The notes under the pieces are model-generated. The model did no database searches. It was not told the origin of the DNA and saw only the letters and a program-made list of their open reading frames with translations. From Jatrophihabitans sp. (lineage in GTDB: Bacteria; Actinomycetota; Actinomycetes; Mycobacteriales; Jatrophihabitantaceae): 64,000 nucleotides of DNA. Below, in pieces: positions 9,419 to 19,916 of the stretch (the first letter of the stretch is position 1; each line of letters starts with the position of its first letter). Position numbers and translations under genes: made by a program. The stretch lies in the NCBI GenBank assembly GCA_050999655.1, contig JBPCPA010000282.1:1942-65941 (forward strand), given 5' to 3'.

Positions 9419-9895
9419 CTACTCACCCGTGCGTCCGTCCAGTAGTTCCCGGGTGGCATCGGCGTGGCCGGCATGCCGGGCGGTCTCGTTGATCAGGTGC
9501 AGCAGTACCCACCGCAGGTCGACGCCGGCCTCGGTCAGGCACGGCTGCGTCAGCGGGATGGAGACAACGGTGGCCTCGGTGGCCGCCGCGCGGGCACGGT
9601 AGGCGGTGATCGCCGCCGACACGGTGAGTTCGACGCCCGGGTTGAACTCGGCCTCGGTGCGGCTGACGTGGTGGCCGAGAAAGCCGCCGTCGATCCAGCG
9701 CCATTCGACGTGGGTCAGGTGATTGACCACCCCGAGCAGGCAGATGAGCCGCCCGTCAGGACGCCATCGAGCCTGCTCATCGGTCAGGTCCGCGAGATTG
9801 CGCAGGACCGCGCCTCGAAGGTAGGCCAACCAGCGCAGCAGCAGCTCGCGCTCGTCGGAGGTTCCGCCTGGAAACTCGATAACAGTGGGCGGCAT
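9419..9895 (-). CDS. DinB/DUF664 family protein
   Basis: ERELLLRWLAYLR, GVVNHLTHVEWRW and LHLINETARHAGHADATRELLDGRTGE, with the DinB His triad. Confidence 0.9.
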   Translation of the reverse strand: MPPTVIEFPGGTSDERELLLRWLAYLRGAVLRNLADLTDEQARWRPDGRLICLLGVVNHLTHVEWRWIDGGFLGHHVSRTEAEFNPGVELTVSAAITAYRARAAATEATVVSIPLTQPCLTEAGVDLRWVLLHLINETARHAGHADATRELLDGRTGE

Positions 9896-9908
9896 GGAAG
9901 GAAGGCTA

Positions 9909-10205
9909 CTAATGAGCCCGAGTTCTTTCTACTCGTTCGACCAAAGCAAGGAGCCAGGCGCGATAGGTCAGCCCATCTGCTTCGGGCCGGTAGTTTCCCT
10001 CAAACTTGTCGACCAGTTCCATCAGGTTCCTTTCGGAAGGTGCATCGCCAAGCAACGCCTCTACCTCGCCGGCCAATCTTGGCGCATCTTCTGGTTCTGA
10101 TAGCGCAAAGTCGTCTGCGGCTACCCAGACGTCAGCGTAATCGTCAGTCCAATCCTGGTGGAGATAACAACTGATAAACTGCGCGAGAGCCTCGGGTTCG
10201 GTCAT
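9909..10205 (-). CDS. CdiI-type toxin immunity protein
   Basis: 98-aa acidic protein (LAQFISCYLHQDW..DY...W). Its ATG overlaps the toxin TGA (ATGA at 10202-10205). Confidence 0.75.
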   Translation of the reverse strand: MTEPEALAQFISCYLHQDWTDDYADVWVAADDFALSEPEDAPRLAGEVEALLGDAPSERNLMELVDKFEGNYRPEADGLTYRAWLLALVERVERTRAH

Positions 10206-11512
10206 GGCTGTGGGTAGGCGGTATGAATCCGATAGCCCGCCGAGGTTGGATGATCTCTTCGAAGGATGACCTTCAGTCCGGACACGTGCATCAATTCCTC
10301 TCCATCTCTCGGTATCGAAACTCCAACTGGTTCGAAAAACTTGCCCGACAGACCAATGCCGCCCTTTGATCCCGTCAGCCAATTGGCAATAATATCGTCG
10401 TGCCTGGCAATGATCTCGCTGATCGAGTTTTCCGCCATCGCCCGACTGCTGAACGCCGAGGCGTGACTTATATGGGGCTCCGTCCGAAGTCGCTCCAGCA
10501 GTACCTGTGTAGGAATCTCTATGTGCTTTCGAATGGTATGTCCCATGGCTGCATCTCCAGTTATAGATTCGTGGGCGGCGAGGCCACCGCCGGGGACGAG
10601 GCGAACGCTGCGCTCGTTCTCGGTGAGCGCTTCGATACTCTTCGCGGCCCGGGCACCGGTCTCGCCCTCGCGGAGCAACCTGCCGCCGGGCAGCGCGGCC
10701 ATGGCATCCAGGCCCAGCGCACCGAGGCCGACGCCCGGATCATGTCGCCCGGCCCGCACCGCGTCGGTGGCCAACTGCGCCGCAGACATCACCGCGGCCG
10801 CCGCGAAGCAGGCCGCCGCTGCCGGTGGGCAGACCACCAGCAGCACCAGGCCGGCGATCGCCAGGTGGTTGCCGAGGTTGCCCAGCGCGTGTGACAGGCC
10901 GGCCAGACCGGAATGGTCCAGCAGCGGCGTGACCGGCGACAGCTCCGACAGCACCCGCACTAGGCCGTGGCCGAACGATGACCAGCCGGACCGATCGCGC
11001 CACACCGAACCGGCCTGTCCCAGCGCGTGCACACATCTGCGCAGCCCGGCGTCCCACTCCTGCCAGGCCTGGTCGAAGTCGCGGGCCAGCACGGCCAACC
11101 GCTCGTCCCTGTCGGCATCGCCGGCAGATCCCGGCAACTGCCCGGCCGCCGGTGCGCACCCTTCCCGTAGCTGGGCATGCAGTCTCAGCAACTGGGGCTG
11201 CACCCGATCCAGCACCCCGGCGTAGCCGATGAGCGCAACGGCGTACTGCTCGTAGCGTCCGGCCACCCGTCCCAGGTCCGGCGCCCGATCCGACATGGCG
11301 ACGACGAACGCGCGCTGGCCGGCACCGGACCAGTCCATCGCCTCCTGATAACCCGACAGCGCCCGAGACGTCCGGCGCAACTCCTCGGCCAGCCCGCCAG
11401 AACGCCGAGCGGCGGCCCGCAACCAGGCCGGATCGCCCGAGGGCAGCCGTCGCGCCAGGCACCGCTGCGCCGCGATCAGACCCACCTCGCCCACACCCGA
11501 CATGGCAGGCAA
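10202..11512 (-). CDS. polymorphic toxin: WXG100-like/T7SS N-terminus plus C-terminal bacterial RNase A-like (CdiA-CT type) domain
   Basis: N-terminal helical region with DWSGAG (WxG). C-terminus GGGLAAHE...GHTIRKH...SAF...GYRIHTAYP. Confidence 0.78.
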   Translation of the reverse strand: MPAMSGVGEVGLIAAQRCLARRLPSGDPAWLRAAARRSGGLAEELRRTSRALSGYQEAMDWSGAGQRAFVVAMSDRAPDLGRVAGRYEQYAVALIGYAGVLDRVQPQLLRLHAQLREGCAPAAGQLPGSAGDADRDERLAVLARDFDQAWQEWDAGLRRCVHALGQAGSVWRDRSGWSSFGHGLVRVLSELSPVTPLLDHSGLAGLSHALGNLGNHLAIAGLVLLVVCPPAAAACFAAAAVMSAAQLATDAVRAGRHDPGVGLGALGLDAMAALPGGRLLREGETGARAAKSIEALTENERSVRLVPGGGLAAHESITGDAAMGHTIRKHIEIPTQVLLERLRTEPHISHASAFSSRAMAENSISEIIARHDDIIANWLTGSKGGIGLSGKFFEPVGVSIPRDGEELMHVSGLKVILRRDHPTSAGYRIHTAYPQP

Positions 11513-11634
11513 CGCTAACCAACGGCGGCCGACCGCGACCGAAGTTATCCACAGGCTCGAACCGCGACGTGATCGCCATCGCTACCACCGGCGACCGGAC
11601 CGGAACAGCCACCGGACTCGGCTAGGCTCGCGGC

Positions 11635-13155
11635 GTGACCGCTCCGGACGCGCCCGCCGCACGCACGCCACTCACCGTCATCGTCCTGGCCGCCGGCGAA
11701 GGCACCCGGATGAAGTCGACAGCGCTACCGAAGGTGCTGCACGGCTTCGCCGGACGATCCCTGCTCGGTCACGCGCTGGCCGCCACCGCACCGCTGGCCG
11801 CCGACATCACCGCGGTAGTGATCGGGCACCGTCGCGCCGAGGTCGCCCAGCATCTCGCCGAGATCGCTCCTGACGCGGTTCCGGTCGTCCAGGCCGAACA
11901 GAACGGTACCGGGCACGCAGTGCGCACCGCCCTGGACGAGATCGAGCGACTCGCCGGGCGACCTACCACCGGCACCGTGCTGGTGCTGCCCGGCGACGCC
12001 CCGCTGCTGACCGCCACGACGCTGCGCGCCCTGCTGGCCGAGCATGCCGGATCGGGCGCGGCGGCCAGCCTGCTGACCAGCCTGGTCGCCGATCCCACCG
12101 GGTACGGCCGGGTGATCCGCGCCGGGCATGGCACCGGCGAGGTCGCACGGGTGGTCGAGCACAAGGACGCCACCGCCGACGAGCTCGCGATCGCCGAGGT
12201 GTCGGCGCTGGTCTACGCCTTCGACGCCGCCCTGCTGCGTGACGCGGTCAGCCGGTTGAGCACCGACAACGCCCAGGGTGAGGAGTACCTGCCCGAGGTG
12301 GTCAGCATCTTCGTCGCCGAGGGACGTGCCGTCCGAGCGCGCCTTGCCCCGGCACTGGAAACGGCCGGCGTCAACGACCGGGTACAGCTCGCGGCGGCGC
12401 ACCGCGCCTACAACGACCGGTTGCTCATCGAGCACATGCGCAACGGGGTGAGCGTGATCGACCCGGCCACCACCTGGGTGGACGCCGAGGTCAGCCTGGC
12501 CGCGGACGTCACCCTCGAACCGCAGGTGCAACTGCGTGGCAGCACCCGGATCGCCGCGGGCGCGGTGATCGGACCGGACAGCAGCCTGACCGATACCGAG
12601 GTCGGCGAGCGCAGCGTGCTGCAGCGCACCGTCGCGGTGCAGGCCCGGATCGGTGCGGCGGTGACCGTCGGCCCGTTCGCCTACCTGCGACCGGGCACCG
12701 TGCTGGCTGACCAGGTTCACGTCGGAACCTACGTAGAAATAAAGGGATCCGACGTCGGGACCGGCTCCAAGGTGCCGCATCTGAGCTATGTCGGAGACGC
12801 GAGCATCGGCGAGCACAACAACATCGGCGCCGCCACCGTGTTCGTCAACTACGACGGCGTGCACAAGCACCGCTCCCAGATCGGCAGCCACGTGCGCACC
12901 GGCGCGGACAACATGTTCGTGGCTCCGGTGACGGTCGGCGACGGCGCCTACACCGCCGCCGGCTCGGTCATCGTCAGCGACGTACCGCCGGGCGCCCTGG
13001 GCGTGGGGCGCGCGAAACAGCGCAACGTGGCAGGCTGGGTGGCCAGGCAGCGCGCGGGCACCGCCGCCGCCGAAGCAGCCCAGGCAGCCAGTCCGGCAGC
13101 GACACCCCAATCCGAACCAGACCAGCGCACCGACAGCGGGAGCAACCCAGCATGA
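11635..13155 (+). CDS. glmU: bifunctional UDP-GlcNAc pyrophosphorylase / glucosamine-1-P acetyltransferase
   Basis: VLAAGEGTRMKS, DNAQGEEYL, GVNDRVQL and hexapeptide repeats. TAGGCT -10 lies 6 nt before the GTG (leaderless). Confidence 0.97.
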   Translation: MTAPDAPAARTPLTVIVLAAGEGTRMKSTALPKVLHGFAGRSLLGHALAATAPLAADITAVVIGHRRAEVAQHLAEIAPDAVPVVQAEQNGTGHAVRTALDEIERLAGRPTTGTVLVLPGDAPLLTATTLRALLAEHAGSGAAASLLTSLVADPTGYGRVIRAGHGTGEVARVVEHKDATADELAIAEVSALVYAFDAALLRDAVSRLSTDNAQGEEYLPEVVSIFVAEGRAVRARLAPALETAGVNDRVQLAAAHRAYNDRLLIEHMRNGVSVIDPATTWVDAEVSLAADVTLEPQVQLRGSTRIAAGAVIGPDSSLTDTEVGERSVLQRTVAVQARIGAAVTVGPFAYLRPGTVLADQVHVGTYVEIKGSDVGTGSKVPHLSYVGDASIGEHNNIGAATVFVNYDGVHKHRSQIGSHVRTGADNMFVAPVTVGDGAYTAAGSVIVSDVPPGALGVGRAKQRNVAGWVARQRAGTAAAEAAQAASPAATPQSEPDQRTDSGSNPA

Positions 13156-14132
13156 GCACCCTCGAGCTAGCCGGCCGCAAGAGCATGACGCTGTTCTCCG
13201 GCCGGGCTTTTCCCGAGCTGGCCCAAGAGATCGCCGAACACCTGGGCACCGAGATCACCCCGATGGCCGCGATGGACTTCGCCAACGGCGAGATCTTCGT
13301 CCGGCCCGAGGAGTCGGTGCGTGGCTCGGACGCCTTCGTCATCCAGTCGCACACCACCCCGATCAACCACTGGGTGATGGAGACGCTGATCCTGGTGGAC
13401 GCGCTCAAGCGGGCATCGGCCAAGCGGATCACCGTGGTCGCACCGTTCTACCCCTACGCCCGGCAGGACAAGAAGCACCGTGGCCGGGAGCCGATCTCGG
13501 CCCGGCTGATGGCTGACCTGCTCAAGACCGCCGGCGCGGACCGGATCATGTCGATCGACCTGCACACCGCCCAGATCCAGGGCTTCTTCGACGGCCCGGT
13601 GGACCACCTGTTCGCCTTGCCGCTGCTGGCCGCCTACGTCGCCAAGACCTACGCCGGCGAGGAAATCACCATCGTCTCGCCGGACACCGGCCGGGTTCGG
13701 GCGGCCGAGCAGTGGGCCGACCGGATCGGCGGCGCGCCGATCGCGTTCATCCACAAGACCCGCGATCCCAGCGTCCCCAACGAGGTGGTGGCCAACCGCG
13801 TGGTCGGCGACGTGGCCGGCCGCCTCTGCATCCTCGCCGATGACATGATCGACACCGGCGGCAGCATCGTCAAGGCCGCCAACCTGCTGCACGAGGCCGG
13901 CGCGTCCGATGTGATCATCGCCGCCACGCACGGGGTGTTCTCCGATCCGGCCGCCGACCGGCTGAAGAACTGCCGCGCCCGCGAGGTGATCATCACCAAT
14001 ACGCTGCCGATCCGGCCGGAACAGCGTTTCGACAAGCTGACCGTCATCTCGATCGCCCCGATGATCGCCCGCGCCATCAAGGAAGTTTTCGAGGACGGCT
14101 CGGTCACCAGCCTGTTCGACGGCCGCAGCTAG
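13152..14132 (+). CDS. prs: ribose-phosphate pyrophosphokinase
   Basis: [29 protein letters not shown] and DDMIDTGGS motifs. Confidence 0.97.
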   Translation: MSTLELAGRKSMTLFSGRAFPELAQEIAEHLGTEITPMAAMDFANGEIFVRPEESVRGSDAFVIQSHTTPINHWVMETLILVDALKRASAKRITVVAPFYPYARQDKKHRGREPISARLMADLLKTAGADRIMSIDLHTAQIQGFFDGPVDHLFALPLLAAYVAKTYAGEEITIVSPDTGRVRAAEQWADRIGGAPIAFIHKTRDPSVPNEVVANRVVGDVAGRLCILADDMIDTGGSIVKAANLLHEAGASDVIIAATHGVFSDPAADRLKNCRAREVIITNTLPIRPEQRFDKLTVISIAPMIARAIKEVFEDGSVTSLFDGRS

Positions 14133-14992
14133 CGAACCGGACGGCCCGCCGCGGCGAAAGCCTCTGCGATCCGGGCGAAGCCGGCCACGTCCACCGTCTC
14201 TCCCCGCGCGGTCGGATCCACCCCGGCCTCGACCAGCAACGCCTCGGCGGCCGAGGACGAGCCGGCCGGGCCGGCCAGCACCGATCGCAGCATCTTGCGC
14301 CGCTGAGCGAAGGCCACATCGATCACCGCAAAGATCTCCCGCCGGCTCGCCGAGGATTTCGGCGGCATGCTCCGGGTGAACCGGACCAGCCCGGACTCGA
14401 CGTTGGGCACCGGCCAGAACACCGACCGGGGCACCACCCCGATCCGACGGGCCGAGCCGTACCAGGCCAGCTTCGCGCTGGGCACGCCGTAGACCTTCGA
14501 GCCGGGTGAGGCGGCCAGCCGGTCGGCGACCTCCAACTGCACCAGCACCAGGCCGTGCCGGATGCTCGGGAAGGCCGCGAGCAGGTTCAGCAGTACCGGC
14601 ACCGAGATGTTGTAAGGCAGGTTGGCCACCAGGGCGGTCGGCTGCGGGTCGGCCAGTTCGGTCAGGGTCAGCGCGTCGGCGGTGACGACGGTGAGCCGGT
14701 CCAGCAGCGGGGCCGCAAGGGCTTTGACGGTGAGCGGCAACTCGGCGGCCAGCCTGGTATCGATTTCTACGGCCGTCAGGTGGCCGCTGGCAGCCAACAG
14801 GCCCAGGCTGAGGGAACCCAGCCCCGGGCCGACCTCCAGCACCGACTCGTCCGGACTGAGCTCGGCGTCCCGGACGATGCGGCGGATGGTGTTCGGATCG
14901 TGCACGAAGTTCTGGCCAAGCGTCTTGGTGGGACGGATCCCCAGGCGCTCGGCCAGCTCACGTACCTGAGCTGGGCCGAGCAGGATGTCCAC
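14129..14992 (-). CDS. rsmA: 16S rRNA m6,2A1518/1519 dimethyltransferase
   Basis: [22 protein letters not shown] and VANLPYNIS motifs. The likely start is GTG at 14992; the 489-aa ORF call is over-extended. Confidence 0.94.
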   Translation of the reverse strand: MDILLGPAQVRELAERLGIRPTKTLGQNFVHDPNTIRRIVRDAELSPDESVLEVGPGLGSLSLGLLAASGHLTAVEIDTRLAAELPLTVKALAAPLLDRLTVVTADALTLTELADPQPTALVANLPYNISVPVLLNLLAAFPSIRHGLVLVQLEVADRLAASPGSKVYGVPSAKLAWYGSARRIGVVPRSVFWPVPNVESGLVRFTRSMPPKSSASRREIFAVIDVAFAQRRKMLRSVLAGPAGSSSAAEALLVEAGVDPTARGETVDVAGFARIAEAFAAAGRPVR

Positions 14993-15174
14993 GTCCCGCA
15001 GTATGCCGAACCCTGCCAACTCGGCCGCGGCGGGCGACGCGTGGCCTGCAGGTGGTCCATCAACGCCCGCCTCGTGCTCGTGCTCGTACTTCACGATTAC
15101 TGGAGCTGCTATGTCCGATGCACGATGCGAATTCCGCTCCGCATTTCTGGGTGTTTCATACTGAGGTAGGTGGA

Positions 15175-16434
15175 TCAGCCGAAGATCGCCCAGTGGAACT
15201 CGTGGTCGGAGTAGTAGCGCACCTGGCAGCCCTTGATCGCCGCGGCCGCCGCCGATCCACCCTTCCCGGCGCCCCACAGCGCGTCGCAGGCCGCGAAGGC
15301 CTCCCTGGACTCGAAGTAGTAGGCCTTGGCGGGGTCGGTAGTGTTCGGGTAATAGGTCTTGTAGTCGTAGTCGTAATTGGCCGACAGCACATTCAGGGTA
15401 CTGAAAATGTGGTCGATGCCGTTGTCGAAGGCGGGGCGATAGGCCGGGGCGAACTGGGTCGGGGTCGCGCTCACCGACGTCGGCGTGGTGAAGGCCGTCC
15501 ACATCTGCGATGGGGTGGGCGAGGGATCGCTGGTCGTGGGGACGCAGTTGGAATAGCCATAGGAAATGACACTCGGGTCGGAATTCGCAACGTAGCACGG
15601 GGTCATGTTCAGGTCGCCGCCCGCGATCGGGGTGGCGGTTGCCGACAGCGTCCGCAGCCGGTCCTTGATCACCTCCGTCCAGGCGCCCTTGTACAGGTCT
15701 GGAGACTTGATCATCTGGTTCGGCCGGTAATGCACGCTGGCGACCGCGAATTGCTTGTGCGCGCCGGACTTCTGGCTGATCAACATCATTGCCTGCCGCA
15801 TGCCGAGCCAGGAACTGATGCCGTAGTAGGGCTTGCCGGTGGACGGATCGATCGGGATGTCGTTGATCTGGGTCTTGTTGTAGCCCAGGCCCTGCGACGT
15901 GACGGTGCTGGGGACGCTCATCGTCGCGGCGTTGTACAGGATGGCGGTGTCCTGGATCTCACCCATCGCGGCCTCGGTCGGCTTGCGCAGCGTGCCATCG
16001 GAGTTGACCGTCCAGGCGCCGGTACCGGAATTGGACGATGCGCCGATCAGGTAGCTGTAGCCGAGCCGGCTGGTCAGCTGGGTGGCAACCGACTGGGCGG
16101 ACTGCTTGGTCGATTCCTGGAGCAGCACCAGGTCGGGGGCGTAGTTGGGCACCGCCGGGCCTCGCGAGTTGAGCCCGCTCAACACCGCCTGCACTCGGTA
16201 GGCGAAATGATCGGTCTCGCCGGCCTCGGCGTTGTCGGCGCCGTTGAGCAGTTCGGCGATATTGATGGTGAGCACCGACACCCGGCCAGCCGGCGACACC
16301 GGCAGCGCGGCAACAGCTGTCGCGGCGGCCCCGTCCGGCGCGGTCACCGCCCGCGCCTGCCCTGAACCGGCGACCAGCATCAGCAGCCCGGCGAGCACCG
16401 CCGTTGGCCTTGCCAGGTGGCCCGATATTGGCAT
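15175..16434 (-). CDS. secreted endonuclease/exonuclease/phosphatase (DNase I-like) family protein
   Basis: Signal peptide, then [24 protein letters not shown] and SDH: the ordered EEP catalytic motifs. ATG at 16434. Confidence 0.75.
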   Translation of the reverse strand: MPISGHLARPTAVLAGLLMLVAGSGQARAVTAPDGAAATAVAALPVSPAGRVSVLTINIAELLNGADNAEAGETDHFAYRVQAVLSGLNSRGPAVPNYAPDLVLLQESTKQSAQSVATQLTSRLGYSYLIGASSNSGTGAWTVNSDGTLRKPTEAAMGEIQDTAILYNAATMSVPSTVTSQGLGYNKTQINDIPIDPSTGKPYYGISSWLGMRQAMMLISQKSGAHKQFAVASVHYRPNQMIKSPDLYKGAWTEVIKDRLRTLSATATPIAGGDLNMTPCYVANSDPSVISYGYSNCVPTTSDPSPTPSQMWTAFTTPTSVSATPTQFAPAYRPAFDNGIDHIFSTLNVLSANYDYDYKTYYPNTTDPAKAYYFESREAFAACDALWGAGKGGSAAAAAIKGCQVRYYSDHEFHWAIFG

Positions 16435-16555
16435 CCGCTGCTCCTCATCGCCAGTCGCCGGTCGCCCAGATGCGACGAACCATGGCGAACACGCTGTTGA
16501 GGGACGGACGCTACCCGGTGGGGCGGTCGATCCGAAACCGCACGGGCCGGGCCGA

Positions 16556-17704
16556 TCAGTACCAGTTGATGGCCTGCGAATGGGCCCACGCCGCGCACGG
16601 CGTGCCGTACACCCCGGAGATGTACTGCAGTCCCCAGGTGATCTGGGTCTTGGCGCTGGTCTGCCAGTCGGCGCCGGCCGAGGCCATCTTGCTGCCGGGC
16701 AGCGCCTGCGGGATGCCGTAGGCCCCCGAAGAGTTCGCGGCGTTGGTCCGCCAGCCACTCTCCTTGTTCCACAGACTGACCAGGCAGGAGAACTGGTCGC
16801 TGCCCCAGCCGTGCGCGGCCACCATGCCGGCGGCGATCTGCTGGGCGGCACCGGCCGGGATGGCCGCGCCCACCGGCACGCTCTTGGTGCCGACCTTGGT
16901 GCGCTGCGGGACGGCCGGGCTCAACACGGTGGTCTGGACCGGGACCCGGCCGGACAGTGTGCCGTCGACGTAGACCAGCTGATAGGTGATCTTGCTGAGG
17001 CCGTTCTTGCCCGCGGCCACCACCGAGTCGGTTCCGACGTAGCTGTTCGGATCGTCCTGCTTGAGCGTGCTGTAGGGCACCACCACCTGCCGGGCATCGC
17101 TACCGTAGGTGATCCGCTGGATGGTGATGACCTCGTTGTCCCGGATCGCGCTGGCACCCGACACCGAAAGCCGGTCGTTGGGGGCCAGGAAGATGCCGCC
17201 GTCGCTGATCGCCTGATAGACGGTCGGACCGGCGCTGACCACCGGGACAAGCTTGCCGGCGATCTTGAAGCTCAGCCGCTTCGGCGAGCTGATCGAGACG
17301 TCGGTGACGCCGTCGTCCAGTCGCTTGGAACGTGACACCGAGACCAGGTTCTGCGCGCTGTAGCCCAGCTGGGCGAGCGCCTCGTCCACCGAATCGGCGT
17401 TGACCCAGACGTCGCGGGCCACGCCGTTGACGCTCAGGTGCAGCAGGTGGCCGCGATCGATGACGATCTGGGCGCCGTTGCGCACCGGCGATTGCAGGTC
17501 CGGCGCGACCAGGTCGTGCTCACCGACCGAGACGTGGGCCGCGGCCAGCACGCCCTGGACGTCACCGGCCCGGGTGTGGATCTGCCGGTCCTGGCCGTCG
17601 ATGCGCAAGTCGACCGACTTGCCATGGTTGACCCAGCCGGCGGTGCCGCCCAGTAGTCCGGCAAGGACGATTCCGTACAGGCCTAGCTTGATTCCGCGAT
17701 GCAA
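16556..17704 (-). CDS. RpfB-like protein: DUF348 repeats + G5 + non-Rpf lytic transglycosylase (SLT-like) domain
   Basis: N-terminus similar to the adjacent RpfB. C-terminus CLVSLWNKESGW...AYGIPQALPG...QITWGLQYI..YGTPC.AW. Confidence 0.85.
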   Translation of the reverse strand: MHRGIKLGLYGIVLAGLLGGTAGWVNHGKSVDLRIDGQDRQIHTRAGDVQGVLAAAHVSVGEHDLVAPDLQSPVRNGAQIVIDRGHLLHLSVNGVARDVWVNADSVDEALAQLGYSAQNLVSVSRSKRLDDGVTDVSISSPKRLSFKIAGKLVPVVSAGPTVYQAISDGGIFLAPNDRLSVSGASAIRDNEVITIQRITYGSDARQVVVPYSTLKQDDPNSYVGTDSVVAAGKNGLSKITYQLVYVDGTLSGRVPVQTTVLSPAVPQRTKVGTKSVPVGAAIPAGAAQQIAAGMVAAHGWGSDQFSCLVSLWNKESGWRTNAANSSGAYGIPQALPGSKMASAGADWQTSAKTQITWGLQYISGVYGTPCAAWAHSQAINWY

Positions 17705-17830
17705 AACATGAACTCCTCGGATCTGCTACCGGCTACGGGGGTGACCCGCCGGTGCGCTGAAGCAGGACACCGCCCTCACGCGACGGCCGACGGTGGCCGG
17801 GCGACACGTAAAGGGGCGGCTTCGGGCAAC

Positions 17831-18985
<1,155 letters not shown>

Positions 18986-19044
18986 TCACAGCACCGTAAC
19001 GGCCCATCCCGCAGATGGCCAAACCTGATCTTGCCAAAATTTAC

Positions 19045-19911
19045 CTAAACGGGACCCTCTATGCCGAACACCTGTCGTCCGGTTGCCGAAATCGTGGCGC
19101 AGACCACCGAAACCGGCACCCCCTTGAGCTCGGCCAGCAGCCGGACCACGTGTGGCAGCAGGTACGGGGCATTCGGGCGTCCGCGGTAGGGGTGAGCGGT
19201 CAGAAACGGGGCGTCGGTCTCCACCAGAATCGACTCCAGAGACGTCACTTCGGCGGCTGCCCGCAGGGCCGGAGCGTTCTTGGAAGTCAGCACGCCAGAA
19301 AACGACCGCAGGTAGCCCGACCGGACGCACTCGCGGGCCAGATCTGCGTCGCCTGAGAAGGCGTGGAAGATCACCCCGGCCGGCGGCGCACCGGCGTCGG
19401 CGAGGATGGCCAGCACGTCGGCATGCGCGTCCCGGTCGTGGATCATCAGCGGCTTGCCGACCCGCTTGGCGAGCTCGATGTGCCGCCGGAAGTGCTCCTG
19501 CTGCAGCGCCGGCGCCGGGCGGTCCCAGTAGTAGTCCAGCCCGGTCTCACCGACCGCGACCACCCGCGGATGGTGCAGCAGTCGCTCGAGTTCGACGTAG
19601 TGCTCGTCGGTCAGGCCGGCCACCTCGGTCGGGTGCACCGCGATCGCGGCGTAGACGCCCGGGTGCTGGGTGGAGGCGATGGCCGAGTCCCACTCGGCAA
19701 CCTCGCAGCCGACGTTGATCAGCCGGGTAACGCCTACGGCAGCGGCCCGGGCCTGCGCGGCGGCCACGAAGTCCGGGCCGGCCGGCTCACCGCGCCGGAT
19801 CAACCCGGCCCGGGCCGCCATCGCGTCCAGGTGGCAGTGCGCGTCGAACACGGTGCCGTCCAACGGTTCCGGGTCTGGCGGCAGCCCGGAGTCGTTCTGC
19901 CTTGTGGACAT
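19045..19911 (-). CDS. tatD: TatD family hydrolase
   Basis: FDAHCH, AVGETGLDYYW, IHDRDAH, FHAFSG and ETDAPFL motifs. Confidence 0.95.
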   Translation of the reverse strand: MSTRQNDSGLPPDPEPLDGTVFDAHCHLDAMAARAGLIRRGEPAGPDFVAAAQARAAAVGVTRLINVGCEVAEWDSAIASTQHPGVYAAIAVHPTEVAGLTDEHYVELERLLHHPRVVAVGETGLDYYWDRPAPALQQEHFRRHIELAKRVGKPLMIHDRDAHADVLAILADAGAPPAGVIFHAFSGDADLARECVRSGYLRSFSGVLTSKNAPALRAAAEVTSLESILVETDAPFLTAHPYRGRPNAPYLLPHVVRLLAELKGVPVSVVCATISATGRQVFGIEGPV

Positions 19912-19916
19912 GGGTG

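Noticed and set aside
11513-11634. attR duplicate of the tRNA-Gln 3' end bounding the toxin micro-island
   Set aside because: No copy of TCGAGTCCGAGTCTCCCAGCCA is visible downstream.
14993-15598. 200-aa N-terminal extension of RsmA in the ORF track
   Set aside because: It overlaps the EEP gene in another frame. RsmA homology starts at ~14992.
17705-17830. Possible c-di-AMP (ydaO) riboswitch upstream of the rpf-like genes
   Set aside because: The conserved GCTGAATCC / GGGGTGAA / CCCGTCAGCTAAC elements are not present on the coding strand here or at 18935-19044.
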